Translations under genes and position numbers: made by a program | Assembly (NCBI GenBank): GCA_045863335.1 | Contig: BTVY01000003.1 | Coordinates: forward strand, 1 to 64,000 | DNA: 64,000 nucleotides | Source of the DNA: Candidatus Hydrogenedentota bacterium | Lineage (GTDB): Bacteria; Hydrogenedentota; Hydrogenedentia; Hydrogenedentales; SLHB01 | Direction: 5' to 3' | Part shown: positions 1 through 8,816 of the stretch, one piece after another | Layout: each line of letters begins with the position of its first letter | Position numbering within the stretch: position 1 is the stretch's first letter | The notes under the pieces: generated by a model | What the model was told of the DNA's origin: nothing | Database searches by the model: none | The model's input: only the letters and a program-made list of their open reading frames with translations

Positions 1-82
1 TGCGGATTGCGGATTGCGGATTGCGGATTGCGGATTGCGGACTGCGGATTGCGGATTGCGGATTGCGGACTGCGGATTGCGG
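1..82. repeat. Tandem heptamer array (TGCGGAT)n with TGCGGAC variants, truncated by the window start
   Basis: About 11-12 units read directly; the same unit recurs in reverse at ~30190-30238. Confidence 0.95.
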
Positions 83-138
83 TGGGGTGGTGACATTGGG
101 TGTGGTCAGCATGATCGGTCCCAGGTTGGCGTGGTCTG

Positions 139-249
139 GGAGCATGGGCGTCCTGCCCGTGTTGAATCGTTGAGGGCCATGCCTGCGGATGATGCCGGGG
201 CGAATCTGGCGATCGGGTCCAGCGACACGGGCGGGGACGCCCATGCTCC
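139..249. repeat. REP-like inverted repeat pair (GGCGTCCyGCC family)
   Basis: ggagcatgggcgtcctgcccgtgt (139-162) and its near reverse complement acacgggcggggacgcccatgctcc (225-249). Confidence 0.8.
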
Positions 250-303
250 TTGGGGAAGTGGTCCGGGTGTTGCAGGGGGTGTTGGAGGCGAAGCCGGGGC
301 CGC

Positions 304-465
304 GTAGGAGGGCGGGTTTTCTTACCCGCCAATTTTTTGGGGTTGGCGGTTGGGCGGGTCGATTCAGCGAATAGGGAAGGGGCCAGGTTGAGTGAGATGA
401 GAGTTTGTTGGGGGTTACCCATCAATGAGTTCTTGGCGTAGCGGGTTGGAAAACCCGCTCTCCTA
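304..465. repeat. GTAG-type REP inverted pair
   Basis: gtaggagggcgggttttcttacccgcc (304-330) and gcgggttggaaaacccgctctccta (441-465); each is an internal hairpin. Confidence 0.75.
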
Positions 466-509
466 TTCGCGCGCGCGGTTGCGCGCCTTCCGGTCTGCCT
501 CCGGTCCTC

Positions 510-1031
510 TTACTCCTCCGTCATGTCGGGGAAGGCGTCGATGGGGAACCGGTATGGCGCTGGGCCGAAGGGGGTCTCGTTGATGTATTTCGTCATGGTC
601 CAGGGGGAGATTTCGCGGCGAGCGAATTGGAGCTTGCTCGAACGCATCATGTCGTTCATCGATCCCAGCACGGACCGGCTCGCCGTCTTCGCGATGACGA
701 TGCCGCCGGCGTACGGTGCGATGTGGCGCTCGTAGAGGTGACCGAACCCATCGTCCTGGAGATGTTCCTGCAACTTGGGGAGGAACTGCCGCAGATACTC
801 GCAGGGAGACGTGATCCCACGGCCCGGCATCAACACGGAATACAGGGACGCAGCGTTCGTTGTGAGGATGTATTGCGCCCTCGCCGCCGTGAACACGTTG
901 CCGTACCAGACCAGATGGGGCCGCGAGTCGGAAGCCAATGGCACCAACTCGGGCACGCGCAGCTTCCGGGCGAGCTTGCCGGTTGCGTGGAGGATTAAGG
1001 AGCTTTCGCTGTCAAATGCGTCTTGTGGCAT
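510..1031 (-). CDS. DUF6933-like hypothetical protein
   Basis: 173 aa; ILHATGKLARKL...WYGNVF...KTASRSVLGSMND pattern resembles DUF6933. Confidence 0.6.
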   Translation of the reverse strand: MPQDAFDSESSLILHATGKLARKLRVPELVPLASDSRPHLVWYGNVFTAARAQYILTTNAASLYSVLMPGRGITSPCEYLRQFLPKLQEHLQDDGFGHLYERHIAPYAGGIVIAKTASRSVLGSMNDMMRSSKLQFARREISPWTMTKYINETPFGPAPYRFPIDAFPDMTEE

Positions 1032-1115
1032 AACTCATTCTGGCATTTTGGTGGCGTCCAGGCCAACGTGCGGATCACGGTCTGACACAACCTTCTCCGT
1101 CTGGGGTAGGGTAAT

Positions 1116-1195
1116 GCCCTTTCAGGGCGTGCATTCTCTCGAACTCCAGTCCCAGGGCGTTGCCCTGGGCTGTCCTGTTTTTGCCCCTTCGGGGC
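1116..1195. repeat. REP-like triple palindrome element
   Basis: gccctttcagggc, cccagggcgttgccctggg, gccccttcggggc. Confidence 0.75.
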
Positions 1196-1447
1196 AGTCC
1201 AACTGACACGGACTCGGTTAAAGGGAAATCCCAGCTGCTGAATTTCGATATACACTTACTACATGTTGGAAGCCGGCGTTAGAACGAGAAATATTTTCGA
1301 GAGGAGCCGTTTTGGAGAAGTTCCAAGTTCCACAACGGAAGTCGTCGTGCAGTGTCGTCCTGCGTTCTGGTATCGTATCGCGGATTTCGCGTGTGCGCCC
1401 TACGCAGTGGGGAAGCGCGGACCGCCACAGTATCGAGGGGAAGAGGA

Positions 1448-2698
1448 ATGAGCGCCACGACCGCCACCGCTACGGCGACGACTACCGTTGCCACCGACGA
1501 AACCCGCACGATCACGCCGTCGCGGACCTTGCCTCAACGGCTGGTTTCGTTGGACGCCTATCGCGGGTTTGTCATGTTTCTTATGATGGCCGAGGTGCTG
1601 CGTCTGCACTCCGTGTCGGAGGCGTTTCCTGAGAGCGGGTTCTGGGGGTTCCTGGCCTATCATCAGTCGCACGTGCCCTGGGTGGGGTGTTCGTTGCACG
1701 ACCTCATTCAACCGTCCTTCTCCTTTATCGTGGGTGTTGCGCTGCCGTTCTCCATTGCGGCGCGGATGGCGAAGGGGCAGACGCGGACGCGATTGAGTCT
1801 GCACGCGTTCTGGCGGGCGTTCCTGTTGGTCATTCTGGGCGTGTTTCTGCGGTCCACGCACGCGCAGCAGACCTACTGGACTTTTGAGGACACGCTGTCG
1901 CAGATCGGTTTGGGCTACGGGTTCCTCTTCCTTCTGGGGTTCCGGAAGGTGTGCGATCAGTGGATCGCCCTCGGCGCGATCCTGTTCGGATATTGGCTGG
2001 CCTTTGCGTTGTACCCCTTGCCCGGACCCGATTTCGACTGGGCGGCCATCGGGCTCAGTCCCGGCGCGCCGGACCAGCTGAGCGGGTTTGCCGCGCACTG
2101 GAACAAGAACACCAATGTCGCATGGGCCTTCGACCAGTGGTTCCTCAATCTCTTCCCGCGTCAGGAGCCCTTCATCCGAAACGGGGGAGGCTACTCGACG
2201 CTGAGTTTCATACCCACGCTGGCCACGATGATCCTGGGGCTCATCGGCGGCGAAGTCTTGCGCAGCGAACGGACGCCGAATCAGAAGATTCGCTGGATGG
2301 TCGTTGCCGGAATCGCGACTCTGTTTGCGGGCTGGTTGCTGGGCGCGCTCGGGATTTGCCCCGTGGTCAAGCGGATCTGGACGCCAAGCTGGGTGTTGTT
2401 TAGCGGCGGCTGGTGTTTCCTGTTGCTGGCATTGTTCTATGCGGTCATCGACAAGTTCGACATCAAGAAGTGGAGTTTTCCGCTGGTGGTCATTGGGATG
2501 AACTCTATCGCTGCGTACTGCATCGCACATCTCTTTGACAGCTTCATTCACGAGAATCTCAAGATCCATCTTGGACAGGACTTCTTCAAACTCTTCGGGC
2601 CGGGATACGAAGCGTTCTTCCACGGCGCGACGGTTCTGTTGGGATTCTGGCTTATCCTGTTTTGGATGTACCGCCGGCGCATTTTCCTGCGCATTTAG
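1448..2698 (+). CDS. DUF5009/HGSNAT-like (NagX-like) membrane acyltransferase
   Basis: [35 protein letters not shown] motifs; multiple TM segments; gagga before ATG 1448. Confidence 0.85.
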   Translation: MSATTATATATTTVATDETRTITPSRTLPQRLVSLDAYRGFVMFLMMAEVLRLHSVSEAFPESGFWGFLAYHQSHVPWVGCSLHDLIQPSFSFIVGVALPFSIAARMAKGQTRTRLSLHAFWRAFLLVILGVFLRSTHAQQTYWTFEDTLSQIGLGYGFLFLLGFRKVCDQWIALGAILFGYWLAFALYPLPGPDFDWAAIGLSPGAPDQLSGFAAHWNKNTNVAWAFDQWFLNLFPRQEPFIRNGGGYSTLSFIPTLATMILGLIGGEVLRSERTPNQKIRWMVVAGIATLFAGWLLGALGICPVVKRIWTPSWVLFSGGWCFLLLALFYAVIDKFDIKKWSFPLVVIGMNSIAAYCIAHLFDSFIHENLKIHLGQDFFKLFGPGYEAFFHGATVLLGFWLILFWMYRRRIFLRI

Positions 2699-2709
2699 TT
2701 TAGGGAAGG

Positions 2710-2743
2710 GAACATCCCCCTAAATCCCCCTTCAAAGGGGGAC
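2710..2743. repeat. Solo copy of CCCCCTTCAAAGGGGG REP
   Basis: gaacatccccctaaatcccccttcaaaggggga; further copies at ~25.0, 31.7 and 61.0 kb. Confidence 0.85.
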
Positions 2744-2820
2744 TTTAATCGGCATTCCGTACGATTCTTGAGAAGGCTTAGCGTTCAGGACACTCGTTTC
2801 GTTCATGAAAGGACGTTATC

Positions 2821-3690
2821 GTGATTCCAATTCTCATTGCAGTTATCGCGGCGGTTGATTTTCCGGCTGACCTTGTCGAGTTCACCGCGTATGATGGCAA
2901 TCCTGTGTTTAAAGGCGCGGGACCCGGTCATTGGGATGAACGCATCCGCGAACGGGGCTGGATTATGTACGAGGACGGCCAATACCACTTGTGGTACACG
3001 GGCTACGCCGGGTCCGAAGACGCGGCAAAGCAACTCGGTTACGCGACGTCGCCCGACGGGATCACGTGGACGCGCTATCCGGGTAATCCCATTTACGATG
3101 CCCATTGGGTGGAAGACATGTGCGTGGTGAAGCGCAACGGCACGTACTACATGTTCGCTGAAGGCCAGGACGATCAGCCCCACCTGCTTACCTCGACGGA
3201 CCGAATCCATTGGACTCGCGTGGGGCAACTCGACATTCGCAGTACGAATGGCAAACCGATTCCGCCGGGACCCTACGGCACGCCGGCGGTGTTCATCGAA
3301 AACGGCAAGTGGCATCTCCTGTACGAACGGAATGACGAGGCGATTTGGCTCGCCACGTCGAGCGATGCGTTGCATTGGACTCACGTCCAGGACGACCCCG
3401 TCATGGTGCCCGGTCCGGATGACTACGACTTCCGTATGATCGCGATCAATCAGGTAGTCAAACGCGACGGCCGTTACTACGCCTACTACCACGGTCTCGT
3501 CCGAGACTCGAAACCCGAAGAGTGGACGACGTGTGTTGCCGTTTCCGACGACCTGCTCCACTGGACGAAATTCCCCGGTAACCCCATCCTTCGCGACAAC
3601 AAGTCCAGCGCCGTCCTCGTCGAGTCTCCAGACGGCCCGCGGCTTTACACCATGCACCCCGCCGTATGCCTGCACACGCCTGCGGAATAG
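2821..3690 (+). CDS. Five-bladed beta-propeller glycosidase-like protein (GH32/GH130-like), probably exported
   Basis: NPV, YHLWYTGY, LGYATSPDGITW repeats; hydrophobic N-terminus. Confidence 0.75.
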   Translation: MIPILIAVIAAVDFPADLVEFTAYDGNPVFKGAGPGHWDERIRERGWIMYEDGQYHLWYTGYAGSEDAAKQLGYATSPDGITWTRYPGNPIYDAHWVEDMCVVKRNGTYYMFAEGQDDQPHLLTSTDRIHWTRVGQLDIRSTNGKPIPPGPYGTPAVFIENGKWHLLYERNDEAIWLATSSDALHWTHVQDDPVMVPGPDDYDFRMIAINQVVKRDGRYYAYYHGLVRDSKPEEWTTCVAVSDDLLHWTKFPGNPILRDNKSSAVLVESPDGPRLYTMHPAVCLHTPAE

Positions 3691-3798
3691 CGCGGGATAC
3701 GACGCTGTTGGCTGAATCTGTTATTCTCCCCTTTTCTCTCGTGCGTTGTTGTTTTTTGTCTACGCACTAAAACATGAACAAGGAGACGTTGGCCCTTA

Positions 3799-6408
3799 TT
3801 GGGCAACACCATGGCGAAGGCGGTGATTGGACAGAAGGCGGAGCAACGTATCGCGGGGGACGCCGCGCGGGCCATGGTGGTGGCGATCGAGGAGGTCGGC
3901 GGGCGGGAGGTGTTTTTTGCGGGGACGTTGAACGCGGAGGGGGTCGTGATCCGCGTGCGGGTTTGGGCGCGGGGGACGGAAGGCGCGGTGCCGGCGGTCA
4001 TGGAGGGATTGCAGAAAGGCGAGGTCGTCATCCACAACCATCCTTCGGGGAACATTGCGCCTTCGGATGCGGATCTGCAATTGGCGTCGGTGTTCGGGTT
4101 CAATGGGCATGGCGTGTACATCGTGGACAACCGGGTCACGCGGGTTTATGTGGTCGTGGAACCCTTTCTCGATACCGACCGCAAGCCGCTGGACGCGGAT
4201 GAACTGGCGGATTTCCTACGGCCCGGGACGCGATTGGCACGGTCCATCGAACATTTCGAAGTCCGGCCGCAACAGGTGGACATGATGCGCCACGTGGCGC
4301 GGGCCTTCAACGACAACGGAATCGCCGTGGTCGAGGCGCCGACGGGCGTCGGGAAGACGATGGCGTACCTGTTGCCGGCGGTGTTGTGGGCGAGGCGGAA
4401 CAAGGAACGGGTGGTCATCTCCACGAAGACGATCAACCTTCAGGAACAGATCATCGAAAAAGACATCCCCGTGTTGCAGCGCTGCATGAAGGACCCGGTG
4501 TCCGCGGTGCTGGTGAAGGGACGGGGCAACTACCTGTGCCGGCGGAAACTGGAGCGGGCCCTGTCCGAGGCGACTCTTTTCTCCGACGAGAACGAGGAGC
4601 AGGGCTTGCGGGCCATTGCGGAATGGGCGGAGAAGACCGAAGATGGCAGCCTCTCCGATTTGCCTTTCGTGCCGGGCCGGGGTCTGTGGAACGCGGTGTG
4701 CTCCGAGGCGGACACCTGCCGCCTGTCGAACTGTCCGAACCCCGGCAAATGCTTTCTCGGGAAGGCGCGGCGCGACGTGGCGAAGGCGGACATCCTCGTT
4801 GTCAATCATCACATGCTGTTTTCCGACCTCGCCATCAAACGGGAAGCGGGGAGTTTTACGGCGTCGGCGGTGCTGCCCTCGTACCGGCGCGTGATTTTCG
4901 ATGAGGCCCATAACCTCGAAGACTCCGCGACGGAGTATTTTGGAATCGAGGTGACCCGGCTTGGTGCCATGGCGCTGATCGGGCGTTTCGTTCGCAGCGA
5001 GCGCAATCACGAACGGGGACTGCTGCCGTATCTCAAGCTGAAATTGCAGAAAGACCCCAATGGCCCGCGGGGGTCGGCGTTTGAAGAGATCCTCGACCTC
5101 ATCGATAACCGGTTGTTGCCCGCGCTGGCGGCGTCGCGCGAGGCGTTGATCGTCGTATTCGAGGCGATCCGATCGCTGACAGCGGAGCGGTGCGGTCAGG
5201 TGGGGCGCGACGTGAAATGGCGGCTCACGCAGGAGGTGCTCGACGATTCCGAGTTGCGCGAGATTCACCGGGTCTACGCGTTGCCCGCCGTGGAAGAAAT
5301 CATGACCGCGGCGCGCATGGCGACCACGCTGGCGACGCGCATCCGCGAAATCCCCAAGCCGGACGACGGCAGCGAGTCGCCGTTTTTGACGGAGCTATTG
5401 CAGCTTGAAGCCTTCCGGGACCGGCTGGTCCGACTCGGCAACAACCTCGCCGAAGGCACCAACGAAAAGCTCGAACCAAACACCGTCCGCTGGATCGAGA
5501 TCGACGCGGAGAACAAGAACATCGTGCGCATCGTGCGGTGCCCCTTAGAAGTAGGGGAGCCCATGGCGGAATGGGTGTACAGCAACCTCAAGACAGTCGT
5601 CATGACCTCCGCGACGCTGACCGTGCGGCGCAATTTTGATTACCTGTTTTCGCGCATCGGGCTGGACCGGGTCGAAGAACCTACGCCGGACGAGTTGGAA
5701 CTGGATTCGCCCTTCGACTTCGCGAGCCAGGCGCTGCTTTGCGTGCCGACTGATATTGCCGCGCCGGACGAGCGGAGCTTTCTGGAGGAGTCGGTCGACC
5801 ATATTCGGGAGATCTTGTCAATCACCAGGGGGCATGCTTTCATTCTCTTTACATCCTTCTATGCACTTGATTTCGCCCATCGCCGCTTGGAGACCGAATT
5901 GAAGACGCAGGGCATCACGCCGCTCAAGCAGGGCAGCGCCGCCCGGGGGCAGCTCATCGAGCGGTTTCGGTCCGACGCGGCGAGTGTGTTGTTCGGCACC
6001 GACAGTTTCTGGGAAGGGGTAGATGTTGCGGGCGATGCGCTGCAATGTGTTATCCTCCAGAAACTTCCGTTCCGAGTGCCCACAGAGCCCGTGTTGGAGG
6101 CGCGCGCTGAGGCCATCGACGCGCGCGGCGGCAATTCGTTCATGGACTACACCGTTCCCCAGGCCGTGGTGAAATTCCGGCAGGGGTTCGGGCGGTTAAT
6201 CCGGCGAAAGACCGATCGCGGGGCCATCGTCGTCCTCGACAAACGGGTCATGACCAAACGGTACGGGAAGTTGTTTCTGGAGTCGCTGCCCGGTGCGCGG
6301 CTCGTGTCCGGACCCCGGCGCGGGGCGTATCTTGCGTTGCGGAACTTTTTCGACGGGGTCGAGGAGCGGATCGCGGAGCCGGTGGATGAGCCGGTAGACC
6401 TGCAATAG
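3799..6408 (+). CDS. DinG/YoaA-family Fe-S helicase with N-terminal JAB/MPN domain
   Basis: GREV...HNHPSG...PSDAD (JAMM motif); APTGVGKT; Cys cluster; FDEAH; SFWEGVDV; QGFGRLIR. Start is TTG 3799 or ATG 3811. Confidence 0.9.
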   Translation: MGNTMAKAVIGQKAEQRIAGDAARAMVVAIEEVGGREVFFAGTLNAEGVVIRVRVWARGTEGAVPAVMEGLQKGEVVIHNHPSGNIAPSDADLQLASVFGFNGHGVYIVDNRVTRVYVVVEPFLDTDRKPLDADELADFLRPGTRLARSIEHFEVRPQQVDMMRHVARAFNDNGIAVVEAPTGVGKTMAYLLPAVLWARRNKERVVISTKTINLQEQIIEKDIPVLQRCMKDPVSAVLVKGRGNYLCRRKLERALSEATLFSDENEEQGLRAIAEWAEKTEDGSLSDLPFVPGRGLWNAVCSEADTCRLSNCPNPGKCFLGKARRDVAKADILVVNHHMLFSDLAIKREAGSFTASAVLPSYRRVIFDEAHNLEDSATEYFGIEVTRLGAMALIGRFVRSERNHERGLLPYLKLKLQKDPNGPRGSAFEEILDLIDNRLLPALAASREALIVVFEAIRSLTAERCGQVGRDVKWRLTQEVLDDSELREIHRVYALPAVEEIMTAARMATTLATRIREIPKPDDGSESPFLTELLQLEAFRDRLVRLGNNLAEGTNEKLEPNTVRWIEIDAENKNIVRIVRCPLEVGEPMAEWVYSNLKTVVMTSATLTVRRNFDYLFSRIGLDRVEEPTPDELELDSPFDFASQALLCVPTDIAAPDERSFLEESVDHIREILSITRGHAFILFTSFYALDFAHRRLETELKTQGITPLKQGSAARGQLIERFRSDAASVLFGTDSFWEGVDVAGDALQCVILQKLPFRVPTEPVLEARAEAIDARGGNSFMDYTVPQAVVKFRQGFGRLIRRKTDRGAIVVLDKRVMTKRYGKLFLESLPGARLVSGPRRGAYLALRNFFDGVEERIAEPVDEPVDLQ

Positions 6409-6420
6409 GATTCAACACGC

Positions 6421-8025
6421 ATGGACAAACCGCTGTACCCTGAATATGGAGAAGGGGGCGATTTTATCGGCGCGCGGCGGATGCGGCGGGCGTTTCGCTG
6501 GTGCGTCGGCGCTGTCTTTCTGTTCTCCGCGCTGCTTTGGTTCGGCGAGCACTTTCTGCGTTACGACCATGCGGAGCGGCTCTACCTTGCGGCGTTGACT
6601 AAAGCGCCCGAGGCGGGCCGCAACTTCCTGCGGCAAGCGGTCGTTCACGATCGCAAGACCAACGAGTTCCCGTCGGCGAAATACATCGAGGCCTTGGCGG
6701 AGCGAGAAGAAAGCGATCTGATGCTCCCCACCTACGACGACGCGTACACCATCGACTCCGACAATTCGGCCCTCGCTATCCGGTACGGGTGCCGGTTGTT
6801 CCACGAGGGACAGGTCGTGAGTGCGCGTCTCCGGTTTCGCGAGGCGGCCGAACTGGCGCCGCGCAATCAGTTACCGGTGTATCTGGAAGCCGCAGTGATC
6901 CCCTGGCTGGACGCGGAGAACGAAGACCTCGAACCCAGCATGGCGCTCATTTCGCGCGGGAACGGAATGTTCGGTGCCGTGTCATTCCCGCGGCCGCTCT
7001 GGTCGCCGGTTCTGCCGCAAAGCGGGTACTGGTACAACAATCTGCGGCGGGAGGTCGTGCAAGATTGCAGCACCCCGATCTACCGGTTCGCCAACCTCGT
7101 GTTCAGCCGTGCGGACGTGGACATCACGGAAGGGAATTTGGACCTGTGGGACGACCGGCTCGAAGCCCTTCGGTTCATGGGGGTTCGGATTGCGGAAGGG
7201 GCGTTAGATCGAAGCGGAGACGGTCCGGTGGAGCTTTCTGCGGGAGGCATTCAACAGTTGTCGCTCGGTCTGACCCTCATCGGCCGCGCGCTTGAACAGG
7301 AGAAGCGGATCCGGGAGAAATCGGGCGCGTCGGCCGACTCCGATATGGACCGTTTGGCCGTTCGGGTGCAGGAGCAGTTCGCCGAGATTCAGGCCTTTGA
7401 GGCGAAGCGGCAGGAGGTCATCCGCGCCGAGCGTGAGAAATACCGATTTCCAATCCGGATCAGTCTGAAGACACTCGCATTTATTTCGTGCGTATACGTT
7501 GTCGTCTACATGGTTTGCAAAGTCCTGCGGGTATCCAGTGTGGCTCACAACATCGGGCACGCACGGTCTGGACGGTTCGTGCTGGGCTTGTGGGGTCTGT
7601 GTGCCCTGGGGCTACTGACCTTGTTTTCGCTGGTACAACGCATGTCGACAGGCGCCATGCCGGCGGAGAGTGCTTGGTCGGTCTTCTGGTGGTTCCTCGT
7701 CTCAGGCGCGTCCCTGTTTGGCCTGGTTTATCCGAGGTTGGTGCTCCCGCGAGTGGCGGATGTCCAGGAAATTTCAGACTCGCCGGGGAATGCGGTCGCG
7801 GAATCTGCCACGATTCGAGGACTGTATCGGGCGGCGTATCTGTCCCTTTCCCGGCGGTATCTGGGGATTATGTTCGGCGTGACGTTGTCGGCAATTTGCA
7901 TCTGGGCGGTGGGGTATCGAATCTTCGTTTCCGTGTATCCTTGGGAAGTCGAGCTTTTAGCCGTCGGCTTGCGGGACGAAGAGTTTGAACTGGTTCGCCA
8001 GGTGTTGGCCATCCTCGCCCCGTGA
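6421..8025 (+). CDS. Hypothetical membrane protein with helical/TPR-like soluble domain
   Basis: 534 aa; N-terminal TM, ~4 C-terminal TMs; 12 nt after the helicase gene. Confidence 0.7.
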   Translation: MDKPLYPEYGEGGDFIGARRMRRAFRWCVGAVFLFSALLWFGEHFLRYDHAERLYLAALTKAPEAGRNFLRQAVVHDRKTNEFPSAKYIEALAEREESDLMLPTYDDAYTIDSDNSALAIRYGCRLFHEGQVVSARLRFREAAELAPRNQLPVYLEAAVIPWLDAENEDLEPSMALISRGNGMFGAVSFPRPLWSPVLPQSGYWYNNLRREVVQDCSTPIYRFANLVFSRADVDITEGNLDLWDDRLEALRFMGVRIAEGALDRSGDGPVELSAGGIQQLSLGLTLIGRALEQEKRIREKSGASADSDMDRLAVRVQEQFAEIQAFEAKRQEVIRAEREKYRFPIRISLKTLAFISCVYVVVYMVCKVLRVSSVAHNIGHARSGRFVLGLWGLCALGLLTLFSLVQRMSTGAMPAESAWSVFWWFLVSGASLFGLVYPRLVLPRVADVQEISDSPGNAVAESATIRGLYRAAYLSLSRRYLGIMFGVTLSAICIWAVGYRIFVSVYPWEVELLAVGLRDEEFELVRQVLAILAP

Positions 8026-8099
8026 TAGGGGAGCAAATTTCCAGTTTCTAGCAGATCGGCGCGTCGCTGTCCGAGGACCCTGGCTGGACCATATTCTGG

Positions 8100-8136
8100 T
8101 TGTCATTTGACAAAACGCCCGAAACGGGGCTATAAT
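8100..8136 (+). promoter_or_regulatory. Sigma70 promoter with a palindrome over the -35
   Basis: TTGACA (8107-8112), 18 nt, TATAAT (8131-8136); TTGTCA-tt-TGACAA at 8100-8113. Confidence 0.8.
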
Positions 8137-8215
8137 TTTTGAGAAGGTGCGCAATCTGCGAATATGAGATCGGAATTCCCGTTCCGCTACGGCTACTTTT
8201 GGGAGGTATTCACAC

Positions 8216-8800
8216 GTGAGTGACCGCGAACAAAAGGCTTACACCACGTTCGAGGCGGCAAAGATTTGCCACGTTACCCACCATAGCATCAAGAACTGGA
8301 TTAAGCAGGGGTTGATTAAGGCATCCCGGACGCCCGGCGGCCACTATCGCATTCTCGAAGAGGATTTGGACAGCTTTCGTGAGCAATACGATATGTTTCC
8401 GCGCGACAAGGCCTCGAGCAAGAAGCGGGTCATGATCGTGGATGACGACCCCGATGCGTTGAGCCTCATGGAGAAAATCCTGACGGACGAGGGCTTCGAG
8501 CTGATCAAGGTGAGCAATGCGACAGAAGTGGGTTTGAAGTCCGCGCAGTTGTCACCGGACCTGATTCTATTGGATTTCCTCATGCCGGAGATCAACGGCT
8601 TTGAAGTTACCAAGGCGCTTCGCGAGAACGAGTTGACTCGGTCGACGCCGATCATGGCCGTGACCTGCCTTTCCAAGGAGCAGGATATCGAGCGGATATT
8701 CTCGTGCGGGGCGGACGAGTACCTCGCCAAGCCCTTCAAGGTTGACCAGTTGCTGGACAAGGTGCGAGAATTAATCGGTCGGGGCCGCATGGTAGAGTAG
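8216..8800 (+). CDS. Response regulator with N-terminal excisionase-like HTH (HTH_17) and C-terminal receiver
   Basis: YTTFEAAKICHV...WIKQG...TPGGHYRI; IVDDD, LLDFLMP, YLAKPF. Confidence 0.9.
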   Translation: MSDREQKAYTTFEAAKICHVTHHSIKNWIKQGLIKASRTPGGHYRILEEDLDSFREQYDMFPRDKASSKKRVMIVDDDPDALSLMEKILTDEGFELIKVSNATEVGLKSAQLSPDLILLDFLMPEINGFEVTKALRENELTRSTPIMAVTCLSKEQDIERIFSCGADEYLAKPFKVDQLLDKVRELIGRGRMVE

Positions 8801-8816
8801 CCCCACCGAGGAGAAC

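Noticed and set aside
14-441. ORFs with RIADCGL repeats and neighbours
   Set aside because: Translations of the heptamer array and REPs; no coding signal
1448-1500. Thr/Ala-rich N-terminus as a contingency repeat
   Set aside because: Codons are heterogeneous; ordinary low-complexity tail
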